Source: the human T2T-CHM13v2.0 reference genome, Homo sapiens
Assembly: GCF_009914755.1 (NCBI RefSeq)
Contig: NC_060936.1
Reading direction: 5' to 3' (one strand)
Length of the DNA stretch: 64,000 nucleotides
The number at the start of each line of letters is the position of its first letter. The first letter of the stretch is position 1. The notes below the pieces were generated by a model. The model searched no databases and was not told the DNA's origin. It saw only the letters and a program-made list of their open reading frames with translations. Positions 39,010-55,663 of this stretch are shown here, piece by piece. The translations under genes were made by a program, and so were the position numbers.

Positions 39010-40579
39010 TTTCGAATCTTATACTGAGGAGTGCTCTTCCTTTAAAATACTTCTCTAGTTCAGTTCTTTCTCCCCTTTCCTGCATCTACAATCTCTCCCT
39101 TCTTACTGGATCATGGAAAATAGAATATCAAACGTTCTGTTATTTCCCATCTTAAAACAAATAAACAACACTTCCTTTGATCTCCAAATCTCCCACTATT
39201 TTTTAGGCTCCTTATTCACAGCTACAATTCTTAACACCTCTAAACTCACTTTCTCCACTTCCAAACCACCCAACTCTTTCTTAAATTTACTTACTCCAAT
39301 CTGCTACCACTCCCCACCATTGCATTGAAATTATTCTTTTCAAAGTTAAAAATGACTACATTTCGCCAAAGTCAGTCCTCCATTTATATCTTGGCAGCAT
39401 TAACACAATTGACTCTGCCATTCTCTCCTCTCCTGGGCTTCCTCCTACATCACTGTTTCTTTCTCAGTCTTGTTCCATTGCTCTTAAAGGTGATTGCCTC
39501 AAATTGTTCGGGGAACCCTTTTTTAATCTACACTCAGTTCAGGTCATCCCATAAAGGCCAGTGCCATCAGATGCCACTTTTATGTGCTTCTGATGAACAA
39601 ATTTATGTCTCTAACCCAAATTTTTTCCACTGATCTCTGGATTCTAATATTTAATAAACTACTTGACATCTTGGCTTTGATATACAATAGGATTTTATAC
39701 ACTTAATAAATCCAAACAGAGCGCCCAGAACTCTTGATTTTCTCAAATCTGGACTTCTCAAGTTTTCCCAACTTCACTAAATGTCATCTACATATGTCTA
39801 GAGTCCAGTCCCAAAATACAGAGTTATTATTGATCTCTTTCCCTCTCTTACATCCCATCTGCTTCATTAGCAAGTCATGTCGGTTTTACCCTCATAATAA
39901 GCATTAATATCCACATTTTTCTCCACCTTTGCAATTACCATCTCAGTCCACAATTTATCAATTCTATTGCAATAACCTCCTATCAGGGCCTTCCATTTTT
40001 ACTACTGACCTTCTCCAACACCTTCTCCACAGAGTGAACAATCATCTTTAAGAAATCAATGAGCTTCAGTCACTCACCCTCTTAAAATCCTTCAATAATG
40101 TCTACTGCTCTCAGAAGGAAAACTAAACTTCAAACCAAGTCTTTCCTTGATTTGGTTCCTGCCTCCATCTCCAATTTTATCTCCTAATTATGTTCCACAC
40201 AAGTAACAATACTCCAGCCATACTAGCTTCCTTCCTGTGCCTTGAACATGGCAACACTATGATCACGTCCAAGACATCTCCCTTGTTTTTCCTTCCCCAG
40301 GAAAATCTTCCTCTACAATTCCTGTGAATGCCCCATTTGTATTCTTCAGTTCAAAGGAAACCTTTAGAAGCTCTATCCTGCCTCCTCTTTATTTCCTTCA
40401 TGACTAACACTCGTTTCAATCTACAATTACCTTTTTTAACTTAATTATTGTCTACTTGCCCCAGTAGAACAGTCACCACAAGAGCAGAACTTCTTTTGAT
40501 TTGTGTTTTCCCTGTTTGCAGTTCAGTTCCAGACACATAGTAGATACTCAATTCGTAAACCGTCGAATAAATGAATGAC
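39010..40579 (+). mobile_element. L2 LINE 3' portion
   Basis: Pyrimidine-rich L2 body ending '...cacatagtagatactcaa...gaataaatgaatga'. Confidence 0.8.
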
Positions 40580-42324
40580 TGGACACTATACATCAAAATT
40601 CACCAGCAGAAAAAATAAGAGAAATACCTCTGTCATTCAAAATTAATATTGACTCTTTCCTCTGCAGATTCACAAGGGCAAAATGTGATTTCCAACCTGG
40701 TTCCTCCTACTATCCTATGCTTCTCACCTGCCTTATTAAGTTGGAAAGATTTGCTCAGGGAATGCAAGCTGTTCTTAACATTATTCTACAAGAAACATGA
40801 TGTGGAGGATAGACCCATACCAATAAAAATCTCATCATTCTTTTAACAATATACAGAAAATTGGATTACTCAATATTTGAAATCATCTGCATACTGTTAT
40901 CTTCCATTGAATGGGATTCTCACAAGTTGAGAATAAATCTCTGCAGCAAAGGATTTCCTTTAAGTACATCTTTCACTTGGTTCTATTTTCCAAGTATAAC
41001 CCTGACATAACAAACAATGAGGTTCCAAATCTCCATTAAATTATCTATTTTTCCCTTTACTGAATACAGAATTGTTGTTTTGGCTAGAATTAGTCAGGCA
41101 CAGTTAGTACAATAACACTCAGTGCCTTCCTGTGTAGCACCTGCTGCATGTTATTTATCTCTTGTTAACTACATAGTACAACAAATTGTGTCTTTTAACA
41201 GCTCATTGACTAGAGGAGGAAAAAGTGATGGCAGTGGGATTGTTGATAATGTTCAATGGTGTCAATACATTTCTTTTCAAATAACCAACTAGTAAATTTG
41301 CAATAACACCATTTGTTTCCCTGGAAAATGTCTCTGCCACATAATTTCCAATGACCTTCAGCCGACAGCAGCATGAGTAGAATAAGTATAGGAAATGACC
41401 CATGGCTTTAACATATTAGCAAAGGTGCTTTTAATTGGATAAATGCAGGATAGGGAAACAAATCAATTCTTCTTTTCAAAAATCTTAAAAATGTTAAGAT
41501 GGTATATTCAGTTGTTAGATTTCCATACGTCATCTAGAGTTCTTTGGATTTAACAATATGGTTAAATAAAACACCATCAAGAAAACAAAATCTATAGTAA
41601 GAACTTTCCAGGGCACTACCATGTCATTGAAACATCTTCTAGAATAGCACAGTTGCATTAAAGTCTTCTCAATTTATGTGGACTCTCATTTGACAATTTC
41701 CTATCTTATCTACTAATTCAGTTTCACTGATGAGTAAGATCCAACAGTGTTTGAATGAAGTACAGGGCAGTGGCTACTAATTTTTTCATCTGTGCATTTT
41801 GTTTTATTATGTTAGAGACTCTAATTGAACTTTGTTCCAAGCTATTAACCTATGACAGAAGACTGTGGAGATAAGATTTCACTGACATACAGAACAAAGA
41901 AAAAGAAAGGGCGTGAAAATTACAATGACAAGGTTGCCTTAGCAGTTTTGAGGTGGTAAAATGAAATCCCTGACTAATAGGCCTAGCTAACATAGGAACG
42001 GTGAGGATGTGAAAGGGGAAGACAATTTCGGATTGAACCCACTGAGAGGCTTCTTTGAGAATCCATAATAGATACACACTGTTATTGCAAAGTTCAAATT
42101 GCAAAGCAAATTAAAGTATGCCTCTAATTGTTATAAGTTGTACAAGAGGTTCATATACAAGGAACAAATTAAGGAACATTATGAGTAAATTGTGGATATT
42201 ATCTGAGCAGCCAATTTTTGTTTAAGAAAAGGCTAAAATCTTAGCTTTACATTTTATACATTATTCAGTTTTCTTGGCTTTCAGGATCTCAAACATCTTT
42301 AATAGTAATTCTTTTCTCAATATC

Positions 42325-42585
42325 TTTTTTTTTTTCTTCTAAGAGCAGAGTCTCATTATGTTGCCCAGTCTGGAGTACAATGATGCAATCGTAGCTCACT
42401 TTAGCCTCACACTCTTGGGTTCAAGTGATTCTCCCACCTCAGCCTCCCAAGTAGCTAGGACTACAGCCATATGCCACCATGGCCAGCTAATATTTTTATT
42501 TTTTGCAGAAATAGGGGTCTTGCTATGTTGCCCAGGCTTGTCTTGAACTCTTGGCCTCAAGTGATCCTCACGCCTTGGCCTCCCA
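42325..42585 (-). mobile_element. Alu SINE (AluJ), slightly 5'-truncated
   Basis: Diverged reverse Alu with 'cttgctatgttgcccaggc'. Flanked by caatatc on both sides. Confidence 0.9.
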
Positions 42586-44178
42586 ATATCATTATCTGAA
42601 TTCACACTTGAACTGAAAATAATAAAGTATAAAAGCTTTATAAAATTGTTTAACCTATGAAAGAATTGTACATGGAGCTTTATATAACAACATCATATGA
42701 ACAAACCAATCTTTTGTATCAAAATCATGTTCTGACTCATAATTTGAGTGATATTTCTCAAATATGGGGTAAGGAGTACATGCAAGATGGAATGGAGACG
42801 TGAGTTTAGTGTAGCTCATTAACACGGTCTTCTTCCTGAAAAAAAATGCCAATGTTTTCCTTCCTAGCCAGCATATGTGAAGACTTCTGATGAGACAAAA
42901 ATTGCTAAGGGAAGTCTTAGAGGTTTAAAGCTGGAAGAAATAAAGCTGTGCAAGCATTGTTTTCCCAGAACAAGCCAGAAGGGTACAGGAAAGTTTTGAG
43001 TCTATTTTATAACCAAGTTTTGAATCTATTTATTTTAAAAATTTAATGATTTCAAATGTATCCTCATGTAAATAGTAGATAGAATTTTATCTATGTTATT
43101 GGTTGGCTCATTGTGAACATGCAAGCAAGAAAGTTTATGGAATGTATGTCAATAATGGAAATGAAAAATTTACATGTTGAGATACATAGAAATTAGAAAA
43201 TATTATCACAATAAAATTAGTTCAAAAATTCCATATCAAAATGACTAATATTAGGTTCAATTATTTATTCATTTTAAGTGGTAAGAAACATTATCTACAG
43301 GTTTTATTCATCTGAAAGCCAAAAACTTATTTTCCCATTGGAAAGGATACTGTTATAATCTAGAGGTAACTTCTGGGAAACTAAATACACACCTATAAGA
43401 TACCATATCAATCTGACATTATACAGATTCAATTTGAAAAACCTCTAAAAATTTACTATAAAATAATGATGTTTAGGGAAAAATTAAGTAATTTATAGTA
43501 TCTAGGGCATATAGAGAATGCTTGGTGACATCATTATCATTATTTTTATACAGTTTCACTACAAACAATGATTAACTCAAAGTTCATGATGATGGCAATA
43601 TCTACTATTCTGCTTTCCCATCAGTACATGCCAGTGAGGAGTGTGTGAGCCATTTCTGGCCCCAGCAACAGAAACAGTCCCTTTTCAGAAATGTCTCTGC
43701 CAAAGGGCATTTTTGCAGATAAGCTCATATTAAGTCAGAGCACTGGCCTATCTTGAAGACAATATTATGTTCCAATATAACAGTTGGGTTTTATGTTCAA
43801 TTGTTTTATTCCACGACAGCCAAACAATTTGGAACCTTGATCACCAGTAAATACAATTGCAGACTGCTTTTGTTTCACCCAAGCAGCATATAGTCCTGTC
43901 AGGTTTGAAATATTATTTTGAATTATTCAGATCATTACTTTGGAACAGTCTCTAAGTCTCTATATAAAAAGAATACTATCAAGAAAAAGAGACACAGTAT
44001 ATCATTTACTGAAGAATGGAGGCAGCCATCATTTTGGTCCATCTGATAATGTCATTTATATCATTGGTAGCTGAAAACTTCATTTCAATGCCTCCATCTT
44101 ACCTTATCTGCTATACCAAAGGTAAACTTGCCCCTAAAGCACATTTGTTTAAGGTTCATACTATCAGTTTTTCATCTA

Positions 44179-44543
<365 letters not shown>

Positions 44544-44924
44544 CCCATTTTGCTTTTCAGGACATTTCAATGAAACCATTCCAAATCTATAAACCAGTAA
44601 CTAAATATATTGTGAAATATAATACAATTACATAACATATGTAGTTGATAAACTTCAACTTGCACATAAACTATATGCAATATCACCTCAACTCTAAAGT
44701 AATTATTCCAGTTTCCGAGTCATTTTATGTTACCATAGTCAGAGCAGGAGAATTAATGGTAATTTTCTGATAGGGAAAGCATTCAGAATAAGTTTTTTTC
44801 AGAGCCAAAAAGTACAGAAAGAAGCTTTGGTATCATCATAAACAATGTAAGAATCATTCCTCCCTGACTGTTTTCACAAGTTAGGAAATTATTTCATTCT
44901 TTTCCCCTAATACTTTAGAATATC

Positions 44925-45255
44925 TTCCTTACAAACGTGTTGAAGGAAATACAGTAGCAAACCTTTGCCCTTGGGATAGTCAAAGATGTCTCAGACATGA
45001 TATAAAAAACAGAAACTATAAAAGAAAAAATTGATAGGTTGGATTTTATATAAACTAAAATCATTTGCATTTTAAAAGGCAATGTTACAAAATGAAAAGA
45101 CAAGTCAAGGAATGAGAGACTATATTTGCAATGCGTGTATCACACAAACTGGTAATTAGAAAAAAAAAAAAAAATTAGCCCAACACACCAAGTCCTAACA
45201 AGTCAATAATTAAACAACCCAATCAAAATGGGCAAAATATTTAATCAATAAGGTT
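44925..45255 (+). mobile_element. L1M ORF2 3' fragment
   Basis: 'actataaaagaaaaaattgataggttggatttt' and 'aaacaacccaatcaaaatgggcaaaa'. Confidence 0.7.
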
Positions 45256-45455
45256 GATTACAAACAAGAAGAATCTTCCTCAAGTCATTGCTGAAAAACT
45301 ATGTAAACAAATGGGACTGTGGATACTTACAAAACATTATTCTATTGGGGAAATATTCAAAAGTATACATGACATCTAGAGAAATGAAGCAACGGGAAAC
45401 GTAAAATAATTCATGTGAAATGTATCTTCTAAGGATTATAAAAACAAAAACGTCA

Positions 45456-45837
<382 letters not shown>

Positions 45838-48578
45838 TCATTTAAGATTCCAAAGGATGAGAAATACCCTAAAAGAGATTATAAATTTGATTAGCTGGTT
45901 TCCAACATCAATGAAATCAATACAAAAATCAAATGAGCCAAAATTGTCACAAAATTGAGGTAAGGTAAAGAAGAATCCTAGAAGTATTGAGGTAAAATTA
46001 ACAATCCTAAGTGGAACAAATGAAAAGTAGTTAGGACAAGCATTTCATCATTTATACTATTCCTCTGGCACTGTGCCTAAATCTGTTACTACTGGATACC
46101 TAATAATCCTCTTCTCTAATCCTTCCAACCAAATTTTGTTTCTTCTACCCAGAGTATGTTATGCCTCATGACAACAAGCTCTTACAATCCACCTCAAACA
46201 CAACCAAAATGTGAGTATCTTTGGGGCAGCCACTCTCTTCTTATTTTTACCATGCATGTATTAGTTAATAAATACTTTCTATATTCTTAGTGTGTTTTAG
46301 ATTATAGTCCAAGGAAGAATGATTGAGTTGCTAACACTATTTAGACCTTCTGAATATACCTCATTTATAAATACACTAAATGGGAAAGGGAATTTGTTTC
46401 ATTCAAAAAAGTGGAAGTAGAAATACTTTTTGTCTTTATAGGGTATACAGAATTTTAACAAACTGCCACTTACACATTACTTAATTTTAAAGTGGACAAA
46501 GCCAGGGCTTCTTGAAACAAACAAACAAACAAACATAAAACCCAAAAAACAGCCTTAGTGTTTCATTGGTGTTTAGTGGAAGTGTGTTTTATTCTCTCTA
46601 AGCTAAAGCTCCCTAAGGAAGGGTTTAAAAGGAGTTCCTGCATCTTTAACGTAAGAGGATGAAGACCTTGATATGACGAAAGGACAAAGCTAAGATTACA
46701 GGGGAGAGAAAAGAATTGAAAACAATCAATGTGTTGATGCCGGGCTTAAAGAGGGTCACTGAGAGATCAGCTTTACCTGCATCTGTTCCTTAATTAAAAC
46801 GAGAAAGATGACAGTGTCCACTACTCATCACTATGGTAACATTTAAATATCAGGCAATTTTGACCAGCAGACCACTCAAAAGCAAAGCCAAGTGAATGGT
46901 TAAGTAAATTCATACAGTGTATAGGCTGCAAATACGTGTGGCAGAGCTTCAAATAAAGTTTTAAAATCAAGTCAGGTGTTAATTTTCTTCAGGCATCTTG
47001 TAAATTGGAAATATTAAAGAGAACTTGCTAATGAAAAGGCAGAATAGGACAACATATTTGTGAAGGGGAAGTCTTTTAAAAGAGCTTTTGAACAGATTTC
47101 CATTGTTTCTCTGTGTAAGTTGCATTACATTATCTTTTGCCTTTCACCGTTTCAGTGATCCAAGCTATATCCACCCTAATTGTCGAATAATTTCCATTGT
47201 TCACTTTGTTCCATTTTTATTCTGCAGAAATCTATTTCACTTACATAAATTATTGTTTGTGGATGTTTTTTGTTAACTATAGTTTTTCCATCCTTTTTTA
47301 TTCCTATTTCCTATCTCCTCATTTAATTCATGCATCATCATTACTGTCATCAAGAAATGTTCATCACTGAAAAATGTAGCTTTATTTTCAATAAATTAAG
47401 CAAGACTTACAGAACTTCTCTTTTCTGAATGATGTGATTTATCATTGATTAGTCTATCACACACTACATTGTTGACTTCTGTCAAGTTAACTCTCTAATT
47501 ATTTGTTCTATAAGTATCTTTATAAGTACACAGAATAGGAAAAAGTTTAAAATGACATTAATTATAGCCTATTAACAAATTCAGAAATCCTATCTTTACA
47601 AGTGGAATAGACATTTGTTTTATATTTTATCTGGCCTTTCATAATATCAGAAAAATTCTCAAACATGACTCTGATATACTGTATATGCAAAATGCATTTT
47701 ATTAACAGAGTTCTCTCCTCTACCAGTGTTTAAGTCCTTTATGAAGAAACAGGCTGTTTTCCTATTCAAATGATACCTTTCTCAGAACAGAACCAGTTCC
47801 ATAAACCATCAACTTATTGTACAATGAAGTGAAAGTAATAACACTGTTTGCTTAGGCAATATGATGTTCTACTGATATTGGGTTCATTATATAGTCATCA
47901 TTAACATGATTTTTACTTAAAGATGGTTTCTAGCTCTTTGTAGCTAGCAATATTTGAAGTTTTTGCCACATCACAGGTATTTATTCTGCTTCTCTTATTT
48001 CCAATGTTCTGAATAGTAGCATATTTGAAACCTGCAGACCTAATGTTTTAACAACATTTTACAAAATCCAAATGAATCTTTATTTCTAAAGTTTATTATC
48101 TAGGTACTATAAATAGATACCTTGTATGTCTTATTTTGAGAGTATGTCTTTAAAGAGTAATCAATTTTCATGTCATCAATTTCTTTCACTTGCTATTCTT
48201 GCTTTAACAAATCTAACTGGAGATCAGACATATAGTAGCATCAGGTTACATAGACTACTTTTAAACTGTTAGCCAATTTAAGTGAGAAAACCACAAAATA
48301 ATTGGTAAAAATCCTTTTCTTTAAATAGTGTTTTGAAAAACTACAAAAGCGTTGCACCAACTTTTGTTTAAGATATTTATCTAAGTTTAAAGAATTATGC
48401 ACTTCTACCACTTTCTGCCTCATTAAGGCTTCCTAAAAAGGTAATTTAACCACTTGGAGTTCCTTTATTAAAAATAGTAAAGACAGTTTTGATCTTGTAC
48501 AACACTTCTGAAAGTGAGAAACAAGTAACAAAGTCTCACCCACCATCACCTGCTTCTTTATGCAAATATCGAAGCTAG

Positions 48579-48606
48579 CTGCATCTCATATCCACTAGGG
48601 GGATCA
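48579..48606 (+). promoter_or_regulatory. Candidate CTCF site
   Basis: CCACTAGGGGG core at 48592-48602 with an upstream CTGCA module. The 3' end reads ATC rather than CGC. Confidence 0.45.
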
Positions 48607-49574
48607 TTACACAGTAAAAATAGATTGATCTCTTTATAGGTGTTTTACTTTCCCACTTAATAGCACAAAGAAGAAAATTAGTTTTAAACAACAACAATGA
48701 AAATCATTTCAACAGAACTAGTGGTAAAATATTTTTAAAATATCAGATGTTGAAAATATTTTCATTTATTTTAAAAAGCTATTATTTTAAAGTCCACATT
48801 TGGAAACTAAGCCTACAGTCCATGTCCTAGTTTCCAAAAAATAAAGACAGAAGCAGAGTCTTTGCAAAACATACGTCCACAAATTCAAATATGCCATAGC
48901 CATTAAATTTACTTTAACGCTAATTTCATTAAAATTTTTTCTGATGACACATTGTTAGAATAATGATGAGGTTTCAACATGAATTTTGGAGGACACATTC
49001 AGATCATAGCAATGATGTTCACACTTTAAAAAACAACTTACAAAAGTCCTTTACTGCATCCCTTTGCCTATAAGAGGCTACCACTTACCAGTGGTCCCTC
49101 AACAGTTTTGGTCTATGGATTGTTTAAGCAAGAAAATAGAACTAAACATTCTATAAATCAACTATCTTGCACCATTCTCTTGCCAACACCAATAAAGCTT
49201 TCAAAACTTCATGACAAACCTACCCTCGCTCTAAAGAAACCTAATGAGTTGCTATCATGTAAGAGAACATTACAAAATCATAGAGAACAACAACAACGCA
49301 GTCATCTTTACCATCTACCTACCATTCATTAATCTAGATGATGACCATCTCTTATTCAATTTTGTACAGTCAACCTAAGTCCCACATCAAGTGCTTGCTA
49401 AAAGTTTGATAAACAAATGGATGACTGATCTGGGAAGAGACAATAACAACCACTCATTTCATTATGATCCAGATATATAGGGAAATGCTGCACTTTTAAA
49501 TATCTCTGTAAGGAATGTATTAGAAGTGCCTCATTGATGAACATTATTTTCCTAATTAAGAAGGTATGGATTTA

Positions 49575-49943
<369 letters not shown>

Positions 49944-49953
49944 TTACGCTAAG

Positions 49954-50168
49954 CCAGGATTTCTCGACCCTTGGCATTAATACTTTGGGTCCAACATGTC
50001 TTTACTGTGGGAGACTGTGATATGCATTGTAGGGGGTATAGCAGCATCTCTGGCCTCTCTACACACTAGATGCCAATAGCATCCCCCAATTGGGAAAAGC
50101 AAAAATGTCTCCAGACATTGCCAAATGTCCCACGGGAGGTAAAAATCACCCCCCATTGAAAACACTGC
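49954..50168. mobile_element. MER20 hAT-Charlie MITE
   Basis: 'gcagcatctctggcctct...cactagatgccaatagca' and 'aaaaatgtctccagacattgccaaatgtccc'. Confidence 0.88.
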
Positions 50169-51195
50169 TCTAAGCAAACCACATTTCTAAACTTGAATCA
50201 CCAAGAAAAATCTGGAAAAGGCTTCAGGGAATATCTTACACATTACCTAACACCTGTCAAAGGGCAAAGATGACAGTCATCATCTGTACTCATGCTTCAA
50301 GGAATGAAGAATTTATACAATGCATCCTGTGAGTATCAGACTAGTCAACACTGTCAGATCTTGTGCTTACCAAGTCTGACTAAAACAATTACCAAAAAGT
50401 CATGCTTTAGTATCATTAAAAACTGAAATGAAAGGTAATACTGTATTGGTTATTTCAATACCTAACAAATTTGTGCATATCATTAAGAAATAAATATGTT
50501 ATCTAGTTTAGCTCAAAATCGATGTTTCTCAAATCCATATATTTTAAAGTCAGAAATTCCAGTAATTCACATTGTAGGCTGACTTCAATCTCTACTGATT
50601 CTTAAAACCATGATGTTCCTTATGTATGAATCACTAATATTTTATTTAAAAAAAGATTTTTCGTCAAATTATCAAAGCTGAAAAAAATACTACCATTAAA
50701 CCTTAGAATTCTTCATGGCAATTCTTCAAATATGTGATGACTCATGAGGCCCTCAAAAACTTTCCGTTTCCTTTACTATTCACAACTTCAATCATTACTC
50801 ATAAATTATTTTTCCTTGACCTTTAATTATTTTAGGTTAATTTATTATAGATATTTTCTGCCTTCTCTACATTCCTTCTTAATGAAAGAATCTCTATTCC
50901 ATCTAGTTTTTGTAAAGGATCTTACCATCACCAAGAATGGTGACAGAATAACAGTGGTGTTTTTTCTATGAACAAAGTAACCAAGCTTATCCACTGTCAT
51001 GACAAACAGCCAAATAAAGAACAAGGAACCATTAGCAAAATGTTAATACCTCTAAAGTCATGTATACCATGGCTTCGCTATCAAAGTGCATGCAAAAATT
51101 TTAAGACGTTTAAATGATTTTGCTATTGGAATGGATAAAAACATCATTAACGAGAGCCGCCCAGTGAAACTGGAAAGTTTGAGAATCTCAAAGAC

Positions 51196-51420
51196 CAGGG
51201 TTTGGCAAACTATAGCCCATATGCCAAATCCAGCCTGTGATCTATTCCTCTCAAAAAAGTTTTATGGAAACATAGCCATGGTTATTCATTTATGTACTAT
51301 GTATAGCTACATTCATGCTGTAAATGCCAAAGTTAAAGTGGTTCCAACAGAAATGGTCTAGCCCTCAAAACCTAAAATGTTTACTCTCTGGCCCTTTACA
51401 GAAAAGGTCTGTTGACCCCT
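51196..51420. mobile_element. MER58A hAT-Charlie MITE
   Basis: TIRs cagggtttggcaaac and ...tgttgacccct. Contains 'tttactctctggccctttacagaaaa'. Confidence 0.85.
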
Positions 51421-51492
51421 ATTGGAGAGCATCAAGTAGAGAACAGGTAGATGGAATGTGACTGCAGGGATACAGAACAACTTCAAGGTTCC

Positions 51493-51809
51493 TTTTTTTT
51501 TTTTTTTTTTTTTTTTTTTGAGGCAGGATCTCGCTCTGTTGTCCAGGCTAGAATGCAGTGGCATAATCACGGCTCACTGCAGACTTGACTTTCTGAGCTC
51601 AAACGATCATCCCACTTTAGCCTCCTGAGTAGCTGGGACTACAGGCATGTGCAACTGCCCAGCTAATTTTTTTTTTCTTTTTCTTTTTGAGAGAAGGGGT
51701 TTCACCATGTTGCCCAGGCTGGTCTCGAACTCCTGGGCTCAAGCAATCTGCCTACCCACCTTGGCCTCCCAAAGTGCTGGGGTTCTAGGCATGAGCCACC
51801 ATGACTGCC
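51493..51809 (-). mobile_element. Alu SINE (AluJ)
   Basis: Poly(T) plus reverse body with 'ctcctgggctcaagcaatc'. Confidence 0.92.
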
Positions 51810-53265
51810 CTAAGGTATTTGTTTCCTAATCATTGCTTTTAGAAAGCATCAATGGAAATAACGGTCTTTAGGGTTCCATTTTTTTTCAATATGTGGAAGT
51901 TTATTCTTATTTTCCTTATCAAGACTGAAAGCCATAAAATATTTCCTCTTACACTGGTTCCCAACCATATCAGACCAAAGCGCTCATTTTTAAATAACAG
52001 TTTTTATCATCTCTTTACTATTCTGAAAGTTCAAAATTATGTAAGCTGTTCAGGTGCTTATTTAGACAAAATCAATACAATGTCCTACCTGTAATATAAA
52101 GTAGGAAATTAAGAGGAATTAATATATAATAAAATTATATATTTATTTGAATATGTAAATGCTCAGCATGTCTACCCTGGAAGAGAAATGATCAACTCAG
52201 ATACTTGCAAATATATGTAGAATCATAAAAAAAAAAAAAAAAAAGAGCTAAAAGTGCAGACTGATACAACTAGGTTGTTATCTGGTAACTCAAGAGGTAA
52301 ATGTTATTTTGAAATGGTGAACAACCCTTGGTAAAGTTCAGGAAAAAATGAAGTATAATATTTATTTGTTTTCATATTTGTGTTGCATTTCTGAAAAAAA
52401 TTAATGTATATTGAAGTTTACAAAAATACTTTGTTTTGATAAATGGTAGAAAGGCCTTTGGCTCAAATAATCATAAACAATATAAAACCTTAATTATTAT
52501 GCTGTGATACCCAAGGCTTCTGGTTTAAGATTATAAACATTCTTCTCCAATCTTTCAGAGACACCATACTACAATAATAAATAATAAAGATAAAAAGTTT
52601 AAAAAATGAAGAGTATGGGATGTAATTATCAGTGGATATAATTTTTTCAACAGATTTCTGGACAATGAAAGGGGCAAGAGAAAGAATGACAAAGCAAAAT
52701 CTAGAAAACTGCAACCTGCAAGAGCCAAGAAGCGGCTAAAACGGAAAAAGCAACTGGGTGCCCTGTTATCTGTTATACTTAAGGAAGGTTCCAGACTTGG
52801 AATTGTTAGCTAATGGAGGCCACAAAGGAAATCCTAGAGGGAAAGCTTGGCAGTTAATAGAATCAAATCCCCTCCCACTCACTTTACCACTGCATGCATG
52901 TTGCCTGGAATTCAGTAATGCAGCAAACTCCCTCACAAAAAAATGTGAGAGTTTTGTTAATGAAATTGGCAGTCCTCCAATAAAAGACCTCTCTATTTTG
53001 AAGGACTGAGGAGAATTTAGAATTATGGCTAGCATCTGACCCATCTTCCTAAGTGAGGTCTGCCCATTGATAAGCTCTGTCAAGATATGTAGACATCAGA
53101 GTCTGCAAGTTTATATGGGCAATCAAGAACCACCAAACATTTGTGGAAAGATTACAATATGAAAAGGAGAGACAAAATTTTCAAAAAAAAGTCCTGGGAG
53201 AAGCAGAATGCAGGGAAGAAAATTTTTTTAAAAAAATCTTAAATTAAAATATTCAAAGACATAAA

Positions 53266-53930
<665 letters not shown>

Positions 53931-55179
53931 ATAATATTCTATGAAAATGAAGTATCAAAAAAGTATACTTAAAAATTGAAAATAGATGTGATAAAAGTTT
54001 TATAAATTTCAAAGATAGGCTTGAAGATTTAATTGAACGAAGACGGAATGTATAAGAGAAGAGCTATAAAGAATCAATATAAAATGTTTAATACAAAAAA
54101 GAGAAAAGAGAAAACAAAGTGCAGAAAGTAAAGCAGAAGAACTCAATACATAAGACATTAACATTCTTAAAACAACCCACAGATTAGAGGTAGAGTCTTG
54201 CTGTTCAAAACATAAACAAGAACAAAAAAGAAACAAAATACCGATTAGAGAAACAACTAGTCTTGATGTATCTTTGTGAAATTTCGAAAAGCTGAAATGG
54301 TTATCAACTTGGAACTCTATATTCCACTAAATTATAGAAATCAGTGTTCGAGCAGAATGAAATCATTTTGACACATAAAATCTCCGAAATTTTTGTTCCT
54401 TGCAAAGTTTCTTGGTAAGTTACATGAAGATGTACCCCGATAAGCTCTATAGCAACCTTAAAAACAACCAGAATACCGCAATCCAAAGGAGACTCCAGAA
54501 ATGGGAGACCCCAAGGAGGGAAAACAACAGCCCTCCCTGTTGGGGGAGGGAAGTATATTTACTAGAATATGTGAGAAGCCAGAAAGTGTGAGAAAAATTG
54601 AAGATTTGATAAAGGCAAAGATTGCCAAAAAATAAAATAATAGGAAAAGAAAGTAATTACAAACTTCATCATGAAAAACAAAGAACTGCTCAAAAAGGTT
54701 ATATATACACTACAGTGAAAACTTGCATAGTCATAACAATGCAAATAGTGTTTAAGATCTTCACCAATGAAAATTAACATATAAATAATTGTGTTTTCAG
54801 AACATCATTATGTTTTTTAGAACAGAATGCATATGTTATTGTTTTTGAGACTGTTAATATAAAAGTAATGATGACAGAAACTGGAAAATAGGAGGGTGGA
54901 AGCAAAAGCCAAAGAAAAGGATAGGGATGCTAATATCTTCCTGTAGGAGAATAGAACATGAAGAGACACAATTAATAGCAATATTAATTAAGGTATATAC
55001 ATAGATCCCTAAATTTAAAAGATAATCGATTGAGAAGCAAAGTAAAGTAATATAACTATCAAAAGATGGGGGGAAAAGAGCTGATAAAACGTTACAACTG
55101 AGTTCAATCCTCTTCTTTCATAGCAGAAGATGCCTTAAATACCTAAATTTCATCAGTCAAAGAACTGTGTGTATAACAA

Positions 55180-55663
55180 TAGAGATTGTTAACATTTATT
55201 TGGCATAAACACTATTGGCAGTCTGGTGAAGCCTTTGAAACTGTTCTCAAAATAATATTTTAAGTGCATAAAACAAAATACATAAGATTACAAAGGAAAT
55301 CAATTATACTGAAACACAAAAATATTAAACAAATGTAGCAATTGATATAGCAATAATCTTATTAATGCATTAAATGAAGTAGAGATGAGAAAAAATATCT
55401 CAAGGCAGATTTTTGTAAAAACTTAATGTTATATGCAAATATTTCTAAATTCTTTTTTTTCCATAACCTTCCCGGAGTAGTCTCAGTAATTCTTTCAGAA
55501 TTCTATCACTGACAAAGTCACAGTACTGCTGATGTTATTGTGGATTATTGCCTATGCTAGCTTTCAATTTACAGATTAATGAAAATAAAGATGTAACCCT
55601 TTTTTTCCCTAAGCACACAGTCCTTCTGAATTTTATTCATGCATTCCACATTAAGAATTCCTG
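55180..55663. mobile_element. hAT-Charlie DNA transposon remnant (Charlie4a-like)
   Basis: 'ttggcagtctggtgaagcct...aaatacataagattacaaaggaaa', ending 'ttaagaattcctg'. Confidence 0.6.
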
